A stretch of DNA of 64,000 nt from Candidatus Omnitrophota bacterium (GTDB lineage: Bacteria; Omnitrophota; Gorgyraeia; JABMRN01; RBG-13-46-9). The notes beneath the pieces are model-generated. The model searched no databases. It worked only from the letters and a program-made list of their open reading frames with translations, and was not told the origin of the DNA. Numbering within the stretch: position 1 is the first letter of the stretch; each line of letters begins with the position of its first letter. Shown here piece by piece: positions 38,266-47,004 of this stretch. Both the position numbers and the translations under genes were made by a program. The stretch covers positions 64,001-128,000 of the forward strand of contig JABMQJ010000020.1 of assembly GCA_013203315.1 (NCBI GenBank), read 5' to 3'.

Positions 38266-39276
38266 CTAAAACTGCTTTAAAAACCTGATATCGTTCTCGA
38301 AAAATAGCCTTATATCATCTATGCCGTATTTTAGCATTGCGATTCGCTCCACGCCCATTCCGAAAGCAAGTCCTGTAAACGCGCCGGAAGGGTAGCCTAC
38401 GGCTTCGAAAACACGCGGATTCACCATGCCTGCGCCTAAGATCTCGAGCCAGCCCGTATGCGAGCAAACGCGGCAACCTTTACCCCGACATATAATACAA
38501 GATATGTCCACCTCCGCAGATGGCTCCGTAAACGGGAAAAAGCTTGGTCTGAATCGCGTTTTTGTTTTTTCGCCGAACATACGTTTTGTAAAAAGATCTA
38601 AAAGGCCTTTTAAATCTGAAAATTTAATATCTTTATCCACCATAAGCCCTTCGACTTGATGAAACATAAACGAATGCGATGCGTCAACTGCGTCGGGCCT
38701 ATAAACCCTGCCCGGCATAATTGCCTGGATTGGCGGCTTGGTTTTTTCCATGATTCTTATCTGAACCGTTGATGTGTGACTTCTTAAAAGCACATCTTCC
38801 TTTATATAAAACGTATCGAATGCGTCCCTTGATGGGTGGTCAAGTGGAATATTAAGTGCTTCAAAATTATAAAATTCTTTTTCTATTTCCGGGCCTTCTA
38901 CTATTTTAAACCCGAGAGAAATAAATATATCGTTTATTTCATTCAGGGTCTTCGTGATAGGGTGGAGTCGCCCTTCTCTGGGAAGGATGCCCGGCATGGT
39001 AATGTCTACAAGGCGTTCTTTTACCGACGCACTTAAAGAAAGCTTCTCTTTTTTCTTCTCGAGTTCTTTTTGAATGTGTCCTTTTAAGAGGTTTAGCTCC
39101 TTGCCGATAACAGGCTTGGCCTTACTGTCAAGTGCAGGAAGCTTTCCCATTAATTCGGAAATAATACCTTTTCTGCCGAGATATTTGACCCTTACATTTT
39201 CCAGTAATTTCGCGTCAGTTACCAGGGCAAGGTCTTTTTCAAACGCATTTCTTGTGTTATTAATTTCGTCTTGCAT
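38266..39276 (-). CDS. pheS: Phenylalanine--tRNA ligase alpha subunit
   Basis: LLRSHTS, FHQVEG, FFPFTEPS, AFGMGVER. Confidence 0.97.
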   Translation of the reverse strand: MQDEINNTRNAFEKDLALVTDAKLLENVRVKYLGRKGIISELMGKLPALDSKAKPVIGKELNLLKGHIQKELEKKKEKLSLSASVKERLVDITMPGILPREGRLHPITKTLNEINDIFISLGFKIVEGPEIEKEFYNFEALNIPLDHPSRDAFDTFYIKEDVLLRSHTSTVQIRIMEKTKPPIQAIMPGRVYRPDAVDASHSFMFHQVEGLMVDKDIKFSDLKGLLDLFTKRMFGEKTKTRFRPSFFPFTEPSAEVDISCIICRGKGCRVCSHTGWLEILGAGMVNPRVFEAVGYPSGAFTGLAFGMGVERIAMLKYGIDDIRLFFENDIRFLKQF

Positions 39277-39956
39277 TACTGTTTCTTTTTTAGCTTTTCT
39301 ATATTTTCATTCGGTCCCAAAACTACGAGGATATCACCCTTTTTTATGGTGTCTTCGGCTTTTGGGGATACGTTTACAATTTCCTCTTCGCTTTTCTTGG
39401 ATGCGGAAGGGATTTTTCTTTTTACCGCGATCACATTTACCCCGAACCTGGCGCGGACATCTATTTCCCTTAAAGATTTACCTATGAAATCTTTCGGCGT
39501 GACGAGCTCTACAATGCTCGATTCGTCGGAAAGCTCCAGATGTTCAATGACGCTGGTGGAAATAAGGCTATTGGCGACGCGGGCGCCTATTTCTTTTTCC
39601 GGCTGAATAACTTTTGATGCCCCGATTTTTTCCAATACCTTCTTGTGGTCCTCGCTTATGGCCTTGCATACGACTTCTTTTATGCCGATTTCTTTCAGGT
39701 TAAGTGTGATCAGTATGCTTGCCTCGAGATTCGTACCCACGCCGACAATGGCTACGTCTACATTATCTATGCCGACGCTTCTTAGCGCTTTTTCGTCGGT
39801 CGCGTCCAGACAAACTGCCTGCGTTACTTCATCGGAAATATCCTGAGTTATGTGCTCACCTACGTCTATTGCAAGAACCTGATGCCCTTTTTCGGAAAGC
39901 GTTTTTGCCACGCTTCGGCCGAATCTGCCTAAGCCTATAACAGCGAATTGTCTCAT
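39276..39956 (-). CDS. ktrA: KtrA/TrkA potassium uptake regulatory subunit
   Basis: VIGLGRFG RCK_N plus RCK_C. Confidence 0.9.
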   Translation of the reverse strand: MRQFAVIGLGRFGRSVAKTLSEKGHQVLAIDVGEHITQDISDEVTQAVCLDATDEKALRSVGIDNVDVAIVGVGTNLEASILITLNLKEIGIKEVVCKAISEDHKKVLEKIGASKVIQPEKEIGARVANSLISTSVIEHLELSDESSIVELVTPKDFIGKSLREIDVRARFGVNVIAVKRKIPSASKKSEEEIVNVSPKAEDTIKKGDILVVLGPNENIEKLKKKQ

Positions 39957-39970
39957 TTTTACCCCCTTAT

Positions 39971-41320
39971 TTATCCGATCATAATTTTTTCTTCGGGATA
40001 GGCGTAGGCTACTCTTTCGCGCTGAAGCGCTATCGCCAGTGCTAAAGTTAAAGGCCCTATCCTTCCCGCAAACATCGTAAGTATTATAATTAATTTTCCG
40101 GCCGCGCTTAGCGTAGGCGTGATCCCTGTCGAAAGCCCGACGGTTCCAAATGCGGATGTCACTTCGAATAGTATGCGTAAAAAGAAATTATCGAATAATG
40201 CGGAATTTTTGCATTCTGTAAGTGCCAATAAAAATACGGCACCAAAAATCCACAAGAACGCCAGGAATACAACAACCAAAGATTTGCGTACAACTTCTTT
40301 TGGGATGGTTTTTTTGAATATCGACACCCTGTCTCTGTTTTTTATCATCGAAAATGCCGTGGCAAGAAGCACACCGAATGTGCATGTTTTAATGCCGCCC
40401 CCCGTCGAACCGGGCGAGGCTCCTATAAACATTAAGAATACGAAAAAGAATAAAGTGGGTACCGCGAGGCTGCCTATGTTAAGCGTGTTGAACCCGGCCG
40501 TCCTTGTCGTAACCGACTGAAAAAATGAACCCAGTATTTTTTCTTTCATGGAAAGGCCCGCCATCGTATTGTTGCTTTCGGTAAAGAAAAATAAAAGCGC
40601 GCCGAGCAAGATAAGGCCGAATGTAATTGTAATAGCGACTTTTGTCTGAATGCTTACGCGGTAGAATGGTTTTTTTTCGGTCAGGCGCGGTAATTCCAAA
40701 ATAACTATGAATCCGATACCCCCGATTACTATGAGAGAAATCATAATTAGGTTTATGTAGGTATCTCCCGCGAACGCGGTAAAGCTTTTGGAGAATAACG
40801 AAAAACCGGCATTACAAAAGGCGCTTATAGCGTGAAATACGGAATTTATTAAAAGGCTTCCCATGGACCAATCCATGGTCTTGCTCCAGCGCAAGGCGAG
40901 GCAAATCGCTCCCAGGAATTCTATACCGAGAGTAATCAAAAGGATGTATTTTAGAAGGGAGGATAAGTTTTGCACCTTATTAGGCGCCATTGTCCTCTGG
41001 ATAACAACGTCGTGTTTTATCGTAAGTTTTCTGCCAAGTAGGACGGCAAAAAGCGTTGAGAATGTCATGATACCGAGCCCGCCCATCTGCACGAGGACAA
41101 GTATGACAGCTTTTCCGAAACCGGAAAAATAGGTCCCTGTATCTCTTACGATAAGCCCTGTCACGCAAGTCGCGCTCGTAGCTGTAAAGAGGCTGTCGAT
41201 CAAAGAAAGCGACTTGCCGCTTTTGGAGGCGAACGGCATACTTAAAAGTACGGCGCCTATAAGTATCGCCACCAAAAAGCTAATAGCTACGATTTGCGGC
41301 GGGTTCAGCTTTTTTAGCAT
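39971..41320 (-). CDS. ktrB: KtrB/TrkH potassium uptake membrane subunit
   Basis: SATCVTGL, SAFCNAGF, RTAGF, SAFGTVGLS pore loops. Confidence 0.92.
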   Translation of the reverse strand: MLKKLNPPQIVAISFLVAILIGAVLLSMPFASKSGKSLSLIDSLFTATSATCVTGLIVRDTGTYFSGFGKAVILVLVQMGGLGIMTFSTLFAVLLGRKLTIKHDVVIQRTMAPNKVQNLSSLLKYILLITLGIEFLGAICLALRWSKTMDWSMGSLLINSVFHAISAFCNAGFSLFSKSFTAFAGDTYINLIMISLIVIGGIGFIVILELPRLTEKKPFYRVSIQTKVAITITFGLILLGALLFFFTESNNTMAGLSMKEKILGSFFQSVTTRTAGFNTLNIGSLAVPTLFFFVFLMFIGASPGSTGGGIKTCTFGVLLATAFSMIKNRDRVSIFKKTIPKEVVRKSLVVVFLAFLWIFGAVFLLALTECKNSALFDNFFLRILFEVTSAFGTVGLSTGITPTLSAAGKLIIILTMFAGRIGPLTLALAIALQRERVAYAYPEEKIMIG

Positions 41321-41673
41321 TATTTTTTTGTTTTTGCAAGTTCCGTAAGTTTACTGAATGCTTTTTTATCGTTCATGGCTAAGTCTGCCAGAATTTTTCG
41401 ATTTAGCGTGATTTTTGCTTTTTTAAGCCCATTCATGAATTTGCTGTAAGAAAGACCGTCCGCCTTGCAACCGGCATTTATTCTCACAATCCATAGATTC
41501 CTGAAAAGACGCTTCTTCTGCTTTCTGTCCCGGTAGCTGTAATACATGCCTTTTTGGACGGACTCCTTGGCTGTTCTGTAGAGCTTGGACCTTCCGCCAA
41601 ATTGGCCTTTTGCTTTTTTTAAAACCTTTTTTCTTCTTTTTTTGCTCGCAACTTTGAATTTTACCTTAGTCAT
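41320..41673 (-). CDS. rplT: 50S ribosomal protein L20
   Basis: YRDRKQKKRLFRNLWIVRINA, LNRKILADLA. Confidence 0.97.
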   Translation of the reverse strand: MTKVKFKVASKKRRKKVLKKAKGQFGGRSKLYRTAKESVQKGMYYSYRDRKQKKRLFRNLWIVRINAGCKADGLSYSKFMNGLKKAKITLNRKILADLAMNDKKAFSKLTELAKTKK

Positions 41674-41681
41674 CTCGCCTC

Positions 41682-41879
41682 CTACCCATATGGCATAAGT
41701 CTTTTAATCATTCTTGCTTCGCCCTTTGACACGATCCCCGATCTTCTCAGGGCCCTTTTACGCTTTCTTGATTTTCCCGTCAGCAAATGGCCCTTGCAAG
41801 ACCTTGACCTTTTAACCTTCCCTCTTCCGGTAAGTTTAAAACGTTTTTTTACTGATTTTTTTGTTTTTAATTTAGGCAT
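41682..41879 (-). CDS. rpmI: 50S ribosomal protein L35
   Basis: MPKLKTKKSVKKRFKLTG. Confidence 0.97.
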   Translation of the reverse strand: MPKLKTKKSVKKRFKLTGRGKVKRSRSCKGHLLTGKSRKRKRALRRSGIVSKGEARMIKRLMPYG

Positions 41880-41970
41880 TTTTTACTCCCTGCCTGCTGG
41901 TCGGCAGGCTTTTTTATCGTTACACCTCCCGGACACTAGTGCCCGGGTGGCTATCTAATGGTTGACCCTA

Positions 41971-42480
41971 TTATTTTTTCGATCCGAACGCCATTGTCAT
42001 CACGCGGCCGTCAAGATATGGGCGTTTTTCCGCTTCGCCGAAGTCGGCTGCGTCTTTTATAAGCCGATTCAGGATATTTCTTCCCAGGTCGACGTGCTGC
42101 ATTTGTCTTCCCCGAAAACGCATAGTAATTTTTACCTTGTCGCCCCTCTTTAAAAAGCGTTCCAATTGATGGAACTTCACCTGGTAATCATGCTCTTCGA
42201 TCTTGGGACCGATTTTCAGTTCCTTAAAGTGCGTTACGTGCTGCTTCTTCTTGGCTTCCCTTTCCCGTTTTTCCTGTTCATATTTAAATTTGGGATAATC
42301 CATGATTCTGCAAACAGGCGGGGTCACGGTGGGCGCCACTTCTACTAAATCAAACCCGGATTCCTGGGCTATCTTCATGGCATCTCTTGTGTCCACTACG
42401 CCGTATTGCTTTCCGTCTTCGCCGATAAGCCGCACGCTTTGCGCTCTTATGAACCTGTTTACTCTGATAAACTTCTTCGT
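41971..42480 (-). CDS. infC: Translation initiation factor IF-3, probable non-canonical ACG start
   Basis: In-frame extension (T)KKFIRVNRFIRAQS-VRLIG; AGGAGG 6 nt before ACG at 42480; DLVEVAP..PPVCRIMDY. Confidence 0.9.
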   Translation of the reverse strand, partial: TKKFIRVNRFIRAQSVRLIGEDGKQYGVVDTRDAMKIAQESGFDLVEVAPTVTPPVCRIMDYPKFKYEQEKREREAKKKQHVTHFKELKIGPKIEEHDYQVKFHQLERFLKRGDKVKITMRFRGRQMQHVDLGRNILNRLIKDAADFGEAEKRPYLDGRVMTMAFGSKK

Positions 42481-42497
42481 AAAAAACCTCCTTTTTG

Positions 42498-44216
42498 TTA
42501 CGTTTTTTTATTCTTTATTTCTTCTTCGATTATACTTAAAAATTTCTCCACCGGCATTTCGCCGATATTGCCCTTGGATTTAGAGCGCAGTGATACTTTA
42601 TCGTCTTTTGCTTCTCTTTCGCCTACTATGGCAAGATACGGGATTTTTTCTAATTCGCGTTCCCGTATTTTTTTCTGCATTTTTTCGTCACGGGTATCCG
42701 TTATCGCGCGCATATCTTTCTCTGCCATGAGCCTTGTGAGATTTTCGGCGTAATCATTTTGTTTGCTTGTAATCGGAATTACCGCGACCTGCACGGGTGC
42801 CAACCAAAGCGGAAAATTACCCGCGTAGTGCTCTATAAGCGCTCCGAGAAATCTTTCCATGCTTCCTAAGATAACCCTGTGGAGCATTATCGGTTTTTCT
42901 TCTTTTCCGTCTTTTGAGGTATATTTTAGCTTAAACCTTTCCGGAAGCGCGAAATCACATTGAATCGTGGCGCATTGCCACTCGCGTCCGAGGGCGTCTT
43001 TTAGCTTTATATCTATCTTCGGGCCGTAAAAAGCGCCTTCTCCTTCGTTTATTTCAAATGGAATTTTTTTGTTCTTCAGTGTATTTTTTAGAGCCTCTGT
43101 CGCTTCTTTCCATTCTTCGTCTGCACCTATTGACTCCTTAGGCCTTGTGCTAAGTTCTACCGTATATTTATCAAATCCAAAAACTTTAAGCGTTTCCTTA
43201 ACAAAATCTATAATACCTACGACTTCTTCTTCTATTTGTTCTTTAAGGCAAAATATATGCGCGTCGTCCTGCGTAAACCCCCTAACCCTGAGAAGTCCGT
43301 GCAAGACTCCGGATTTTTCGTGTCTGTAGACCGAGCCAAGCTCAAAAAGCCGGAAGGGCAGATCTCTGTAGCTTCTTTTATGAGATTTGTAAACCAAAAT
43401 GTGGCCCGGGCAATTCATTGGTTTTACGGCAAATTCCTTGTTTTCTATTTTGAAAATATACATGTTTTCCTTGTAGTATTCGTAATGGCCCGATTGAACC
43501 CATATATCACTTTTTAAAATATGAGGGCTTATGACCGGTTGATACCCGCGCTTTATGTGTTCGCGCTTTATGTAGTCTTCGATGATTGTCCGTAAAATGG
43601 CTCCCTTAGGATGGTACAGAACCAGCCCTGCCCCCATTTCCGCATTAAAACTGAAAAGATCTAATTTCTTTCCGAGGATACGGTGATCCCGTTTTTTCGC
43701 TTCTTCTATTATTTTTAGAAACTTATCAAGTTCCGGTTTGTTTTCGAAAGCGGTTCCATAAATTCTCTGGAGCATTGGGTTTGTCTCGATGCCGCGCCAG
43801 TAAGCCCCGGCTACCGAGAGAAGCTTGAAAACCTTAACATCGCCTGTGCGCGCGACATGGGGCCCTTTACATAAATCTACGAAATTTCCGTGCCTGTAAA
43901 CAGAAACAGAGACGCCTTTTAGGCCTTCGATTAATTCAAGTTTATATTTTTCCCCGAGTTTAGTGAAAAGACTTTTGGCTTCTTTCTTCGGGATTTCTTG
44001 GCGTGCGAATTCGGAATTTTCTTTGACGATTTTTTTCATTTCCTGTTCAATTTTGGCAAGGTCCTCCGGCTTGATCGGCTCATCTATGTCAAAGTCATAG
44101 TAGAACCCGTCGCTAATAGCGGGGCCTATCCCTAACTTTGCCTTAGGGTAAAGCCTCTTAACCGCTTCAGCCATTATGTGCGATACGCTATGTCGTAATG
44201 CTTCTATTTTATCCAT
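42498..44216 (-). CDS. thrS: Threonine--tRNA ligase (lacks the N-terminal TGS domain)
   Basis: LRHSVSH, DLCKGPH, RDHR, KPMNCP, YRHE, GAFYGPKID. Confidence 0.97.
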   Translation of the reverse strand: MDKIEALRHSVSHIMAEAVKRLYPKAKLGIGPAISDGFYYDFDIDEPIKPEDLAKIEQEMKKIVKENSEFARQEIPKKEAKSLFTKLGEKYKLELIEGLKGVSVSVYRHGNFVDLCKGPHVARTGDVKVFKLLSVAGAYWRGIETNPMLQRIYGTAFENKPELDKFLKIIEEAKKRDHRILGKKLDLFSFNAEMGAGLVLYHPKGAILRTIIEDYIKREHIKRGYQPVISPHILKSDIWVQSGHYEYYKENMYIFKIENKEFAVKPMNCPGHILVYKSHKRSYRDLPFRLFELGSVYRHEKSGVLHGLLRVRGFTQDDAHIFCLKEQIEEEVVGIIDFVKETLKVFGFDKYTVELSTRPKESIGADEEWKEATEALKNTLKNKKIPFEINEGEGAFYGPKIDIKLKDALGREWQCATIQCDFALPERFKLKYTSKDGKEEKPIMLHRVILGSMERFLGALIEHYAGNFPLWLAPVQVAVIPITSKQNDYAENLTRLMAEKDMRAITDTRDEKMQKKIRERELEKIPYLAIVGEREAKDDKVSLRSKSKGNIGEMPVEKFLSIIEEEIKNKKT

Positions 44217-44232
44217 ATCTCTCGTTTTAAAG

Positions 44233-44318
44233 TGCCGGAGGCCGGACTCGAACCGGCACGGCCCTTACGGACCACAAGATTTTAAGTCTTGGGCGTCTGC
44301 CAATTCCGCCACTCCGGC
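44233..44318 (-). tRNA. tRNA-Leu(TAA)
   Basis: Anticodon arm CAAGA-CTTAAAA-TCTTG; long variable arm; CCA not encoded. Confidence 0.93.
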
Positions 44319-44424
44319 AAAACAAATTGCTCTGCAGCAAAGTTAATCTGCCCCTCGGAATCGCAAATCCTCCCATAGGTAGGATTTGCGATATTCCTCG
44401 GGACAAATTTTGCTTCACAAAATC

Positions 44425-44501
44425 TGGTGGGCGCAATAGGAGTCGAACCTATGACCTCCACGATGTCAACGTGGCGCGCTAACCAACTGCGCCATGCGCC
44501 C
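44425..44501 (-). tRNA. tRNA-Val(GAC)
   Basis: Anticodon arm CCACG-TTGACAT-CGTGG; encoded CCA. Confidence 0.95.
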
Positions 44502-44506
44502 GAAAG

Positions 44507-44577
44507 AGGCGCGAACCGGAATCGCACCGGTGTACAAGGTTTTGCAGACCTCTGCCTAACTACTCGGCCATCGCGCC
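44507..44577 (-). tRNA. tRNA-Cys(GCA)
   Basis: Anticodon arm GAGGT-CTGCAAA-ACCTT; U73 discriminator; atypical T loop TGCGATT. Confidence 0.9.
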
Positions 44578-44587
44578 AGTAACTTTT

Positions 44588-45022
44588 TTATTCCCAAACA
44601 ACGTCGCCGCTTATATAAAGAACGTGTTTTCCGTTTTTGTGATTTTCCGTTTTGTCAAAGACGATTGTTTCACCGGACGGCGATGAAATCGCATATCCCG
44701 TCGTATAGTGATAATCGGGTTCTTCGGCAGTTCCCGCGTGTTGGCCGGACGGGCAGTCCAAAATGCTTTCGTCCTCGACATACCCGCCCTCCACAAGCTC
44801 ACCTAGAGCCGATGGAAAGCTTCCTTCGTGTTCGCTGGCGTATAGCTTGAGGCCTAATCCGATTTTTTCGAGATTTTCCTCACAGTTTATGATTTTTGCC
44901 CGGGCCCTAATTTTCGCGATCACGGGCGTTAATAATGATATAAATATTGCTATGATTATAACAATAAATGCGAGTTCTGTAAGGGTAAATCCCTTCTTAT
45001 GCGCTTTTGAAATCATGAGCAT
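44588..45022 (-). CDS. Prepilin-type N-terminal cleavage/methylation protein with H-X9-DG-like C-terminus
   Basis: KKG-FTLTEL plus hydrophobic helix, C..NL..IG.GL.LY, CPS, H-X9-SG at the C-terminus. Confidence 0.85.
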   Translation of the reverse strand: MLMISKAHKKGFTLTELAFIVIIIAIFISLLTPVIAKIRARAKIINCEENLEKIGLGLKLYASEHEGSFPSALGELVEGGYVEDESILDCPSGQHAGTAEEPDYHYTTGYAISSPSGETIVFDKTENHKNGKHVLYISGDVVWE

Positions 45023-45023
45023 A

Positions 45024-45677
45024 TCAATTCGGAGTATAGCACAGCTCTTCTATCGTGTCAAGAATAGCACGTGCTATGCGTGTTTTTGATCGTTTCTGTA
45101 ACTTCTTTCTACGTCCGAGCTTATCTAATAGATATACGGTCTTAGCCCCCTTGCCAAATGGCATGTTTTTACTGTCGGATTTGTTGGCCACTATTAGGTC
45201 AAGGTGTTTTTTTCTTAGCTTAGCGAGCGCATTTGCTAAAAGATTCTCCGTTTCCAGAGAAAAACCGGTTATAATCTTATTTTTTCGTTCTTTTTTTGTA
45301 ATAGACTTTAAAATGTCCGGATTTTTGATTAATTTAAGTGCAATTTTAGCTTTTGATTTGATTTTATTCCTTGAAGCTACTGGTGTTCTAAAATCCGAAA
45401 CCGCGCTTGACATAATAAGAATGTCAGATTTTTTAAGTTCCGTGTGAACTTTTTTGCACAGTTGGCGCGTGGTTTCTATTTGAATAAATTTTATACCGCT
45501 TGGGGCTTTAAAAATGCTCGGCCCGCTTATTAAAGTTACCTTATAGCCTCTTTTCCCGGCTTGCCTTGCCAATTCATAACCCATGTATCCTGTGGAACGG
45601 TTAGATATAAAACGGACGGGATCGATAGGTTCGATAGTGGGGCCTGCTGTTATGAGTATCCGAGGGGATTTTCTCAC
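45024..45677 (-). CDS. coaB: Phosphopantothenate--cysteine ligase (stand-alone CoaB)
   Basis: ITAGPTIEPIDPVRFISNRSTGYMG, SAVSDF, GFSLET, IVAN. Confidence 0.93.
   Translation of the reverse strand: MRKSPRILITAGPTIEPIDPVRFISNRSTGYMGYELARQAGKRGYKVTLISGPSIFKAPSGIKFIQIETTRQLCKKVHTELKKSDILIMSSAVSDFRTPVASRNKIKSKAKIALKLIKNPDILKSITKKERKNKIITGFSLETENLLANALAKLRKKHLDLIVANKSDSKNMPFGKGAKTVYLLDKLGRRKKLQKRSKTRIARAILDTIEELCYTPN
45033..45061 (-). promoter_or_regulatory. Near-consensus sigma70 promoter inside the coaB 3' end
   Basis: TTGACA-17 bp-TATACT with TG extension. Confidence 0.75.
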
Positions 45678-46213
45678 TTTAGGATCTTGTCTATCTCTTT
45701 TATTATCTGGCCAAGATCTGCGAGGTGGCCGATGCCCACGTAGCCGCAGGCGAGGTGGCCGCGTATTGGGTCTACGAATTTATAGCCTATTTTTTTGAGC
45801 TCCCCAATATTTCTTTGCGTTATTTTGTGTTTATACATATTGTCATTCATGGCGGGAGCGATAAGAATAGGGCTTTCGGAAGAGATAACGGTACTCGTAA
45901 GAAGGTCGTCGCATATGCCTGATGCAAGGCGCCCGATAATGTTTGCGGTCGCCGGTGAGATCACGATTAAATCAGCTTTCTTGGCCAATGAAACATGGAC
46001 TGCGTTACGTTTTTCGGGCAATTTGAACATGTCTCTATAGGTTTTATTTTCTGATAGTGTCTCAAGCGTAAGTGGCGTTATAAATTCTTCTGCCGCGCGC
46101 GTCATAACACATATAATATTGTGTCCTTTTTTCTTGAGGCGCGACACGAGGTCACATGCTTTATATGCGGCGATGCTGCCGGCGATCCCTACGATGATAG
46201 TCTTCTGTTTCAT
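45674..46213 (-). CDS. coaC: Phosphopantothenoylcysteine decarboxylase (stand-alone CoaC)
   Basis: GSIAAYKA, PATAN, APAMN, LACG. Confidence 0.93.
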   Translation of the reverse strand: MKQKTIIVGIAGSIAAYKACDLVSRLKKKGHNIICVMTRAAEEFITPLTLETLSENKTYRDMFKLPEKRNAVHVSLAKKADLIVISPATANIIGRLASGICDDLLTSTVISSESPILIAPAMNDNMYKHKITQRNIGELKKIGYKFVDPIRGHLACGYVGIGHLADLGQIIKEIDKILK

Positions 46214-46216
46214 GAA

Positions 46217-46417
46217 TTATTTTTTCGTTTTATACTTTATTTTGTTTTCTATTATTTCCTTTAATGCTATGGATGTGAGCTTCGTATTCGGTTCAGCGTC
46301 AACGAGTTTTTCACTGCCGGCGCCTAATTCCAACGCCCTGCGGGCTGCGAGAATTACGAGCTTGTACACGCTTCCTTGTGAAACTTTCAGTAACTCTTCT
46401 ATCGGCGTATAACTCAA
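46217..46417 (-). CDS. rpoZ: RNA polymerase omega subunit
   Basis: SVYKLVILAARRA..ALKEI; gmk-rpoZ-coaBC synteny. Confidence 0.92.
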   Translation of the reverse strand: MSYTPIEELLKVSQGSVYKLVILAARRALELGAGSEKLVDAEPNTKLTSIALKEIIENKIKYKTKK

Positions 46418-46437
46418 TTCATTCCTCCCTTGTTTTT

Positions 46438-47004
46438 TTATTCTGTTTTGCTTTCTTTTTTGATTATAGAGACCACTTTGAGAATAGCGTTTTCCAGCTT
46501 GTCGTTAGTAACTGCGTAGTTATATTTAGGCATAAATTTAAGTTCCGCTTTTGCTATTTTAAGACGCCTTGCGATTTCGCGGGGCTTATCCGTATTTCTG
46601 GAGGTAAGCCGCCGAGAAAGTTCTTTAAAAGAAGGTGGTCTTATAAAAATAAGGGTGCTCTCGGGAAATTTCTTTTTGACCTGCATGGCGCCTTTTACGT
46701 CGATACTCAAAAGTAGATTTTTGCCTTTTTTTAATTCAGCTATAGCAAAGCGTTTCGGTGTACCATAAAAGTATCCGAAATTTTCTTCCCATTCAAGAAG
46801 CGATCCTTTTTTTATTTTTTCTTTAAAAGAACGCCGGGACACATAATAGTAATCCCTTTTATTTTTCTCACCCTTGCGCGGACGCCTGGTGGTCACGGAA
46901 ACGGAAGGTGTCAGGCTTTTTACTTTTTTTAATACCTTTTTGCAGATGGTGGTTTTTCCGCTACCTGAAGGGGCTGAAATGACGAATATCCGGCCGTTTT
47001 TCAT
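46438..47004 (-). CDS. gmk: Guanylate kinase
   Basis: SAPSGSGKTT, SVTTRRPR, YGTP. Confidence 0.96.
   Translation of the reverse strand: MKNGRIFVISAPSGSGKTTICKKVLKKVKSLTPSVSVTTRRPRKGEKNKRDYYYVSRRSFKEKIKKGSLLEWEENFGYFYGTPKRFAIAELKKGKNLLLSIDVKGAMQVKKKFPESTLIFIRPPSFKELSRRLTSRNTDKPREIARRLKIAKAELKFMPKYNYAVTNDKLENAILKVVSIIKKESKTE

Noticed and set aside
44217-44232. T-box leader before thrS (or pheS)
   Set aside because: The intergenic spaces are 16 nt or overlapping, and no T-box motif was seen
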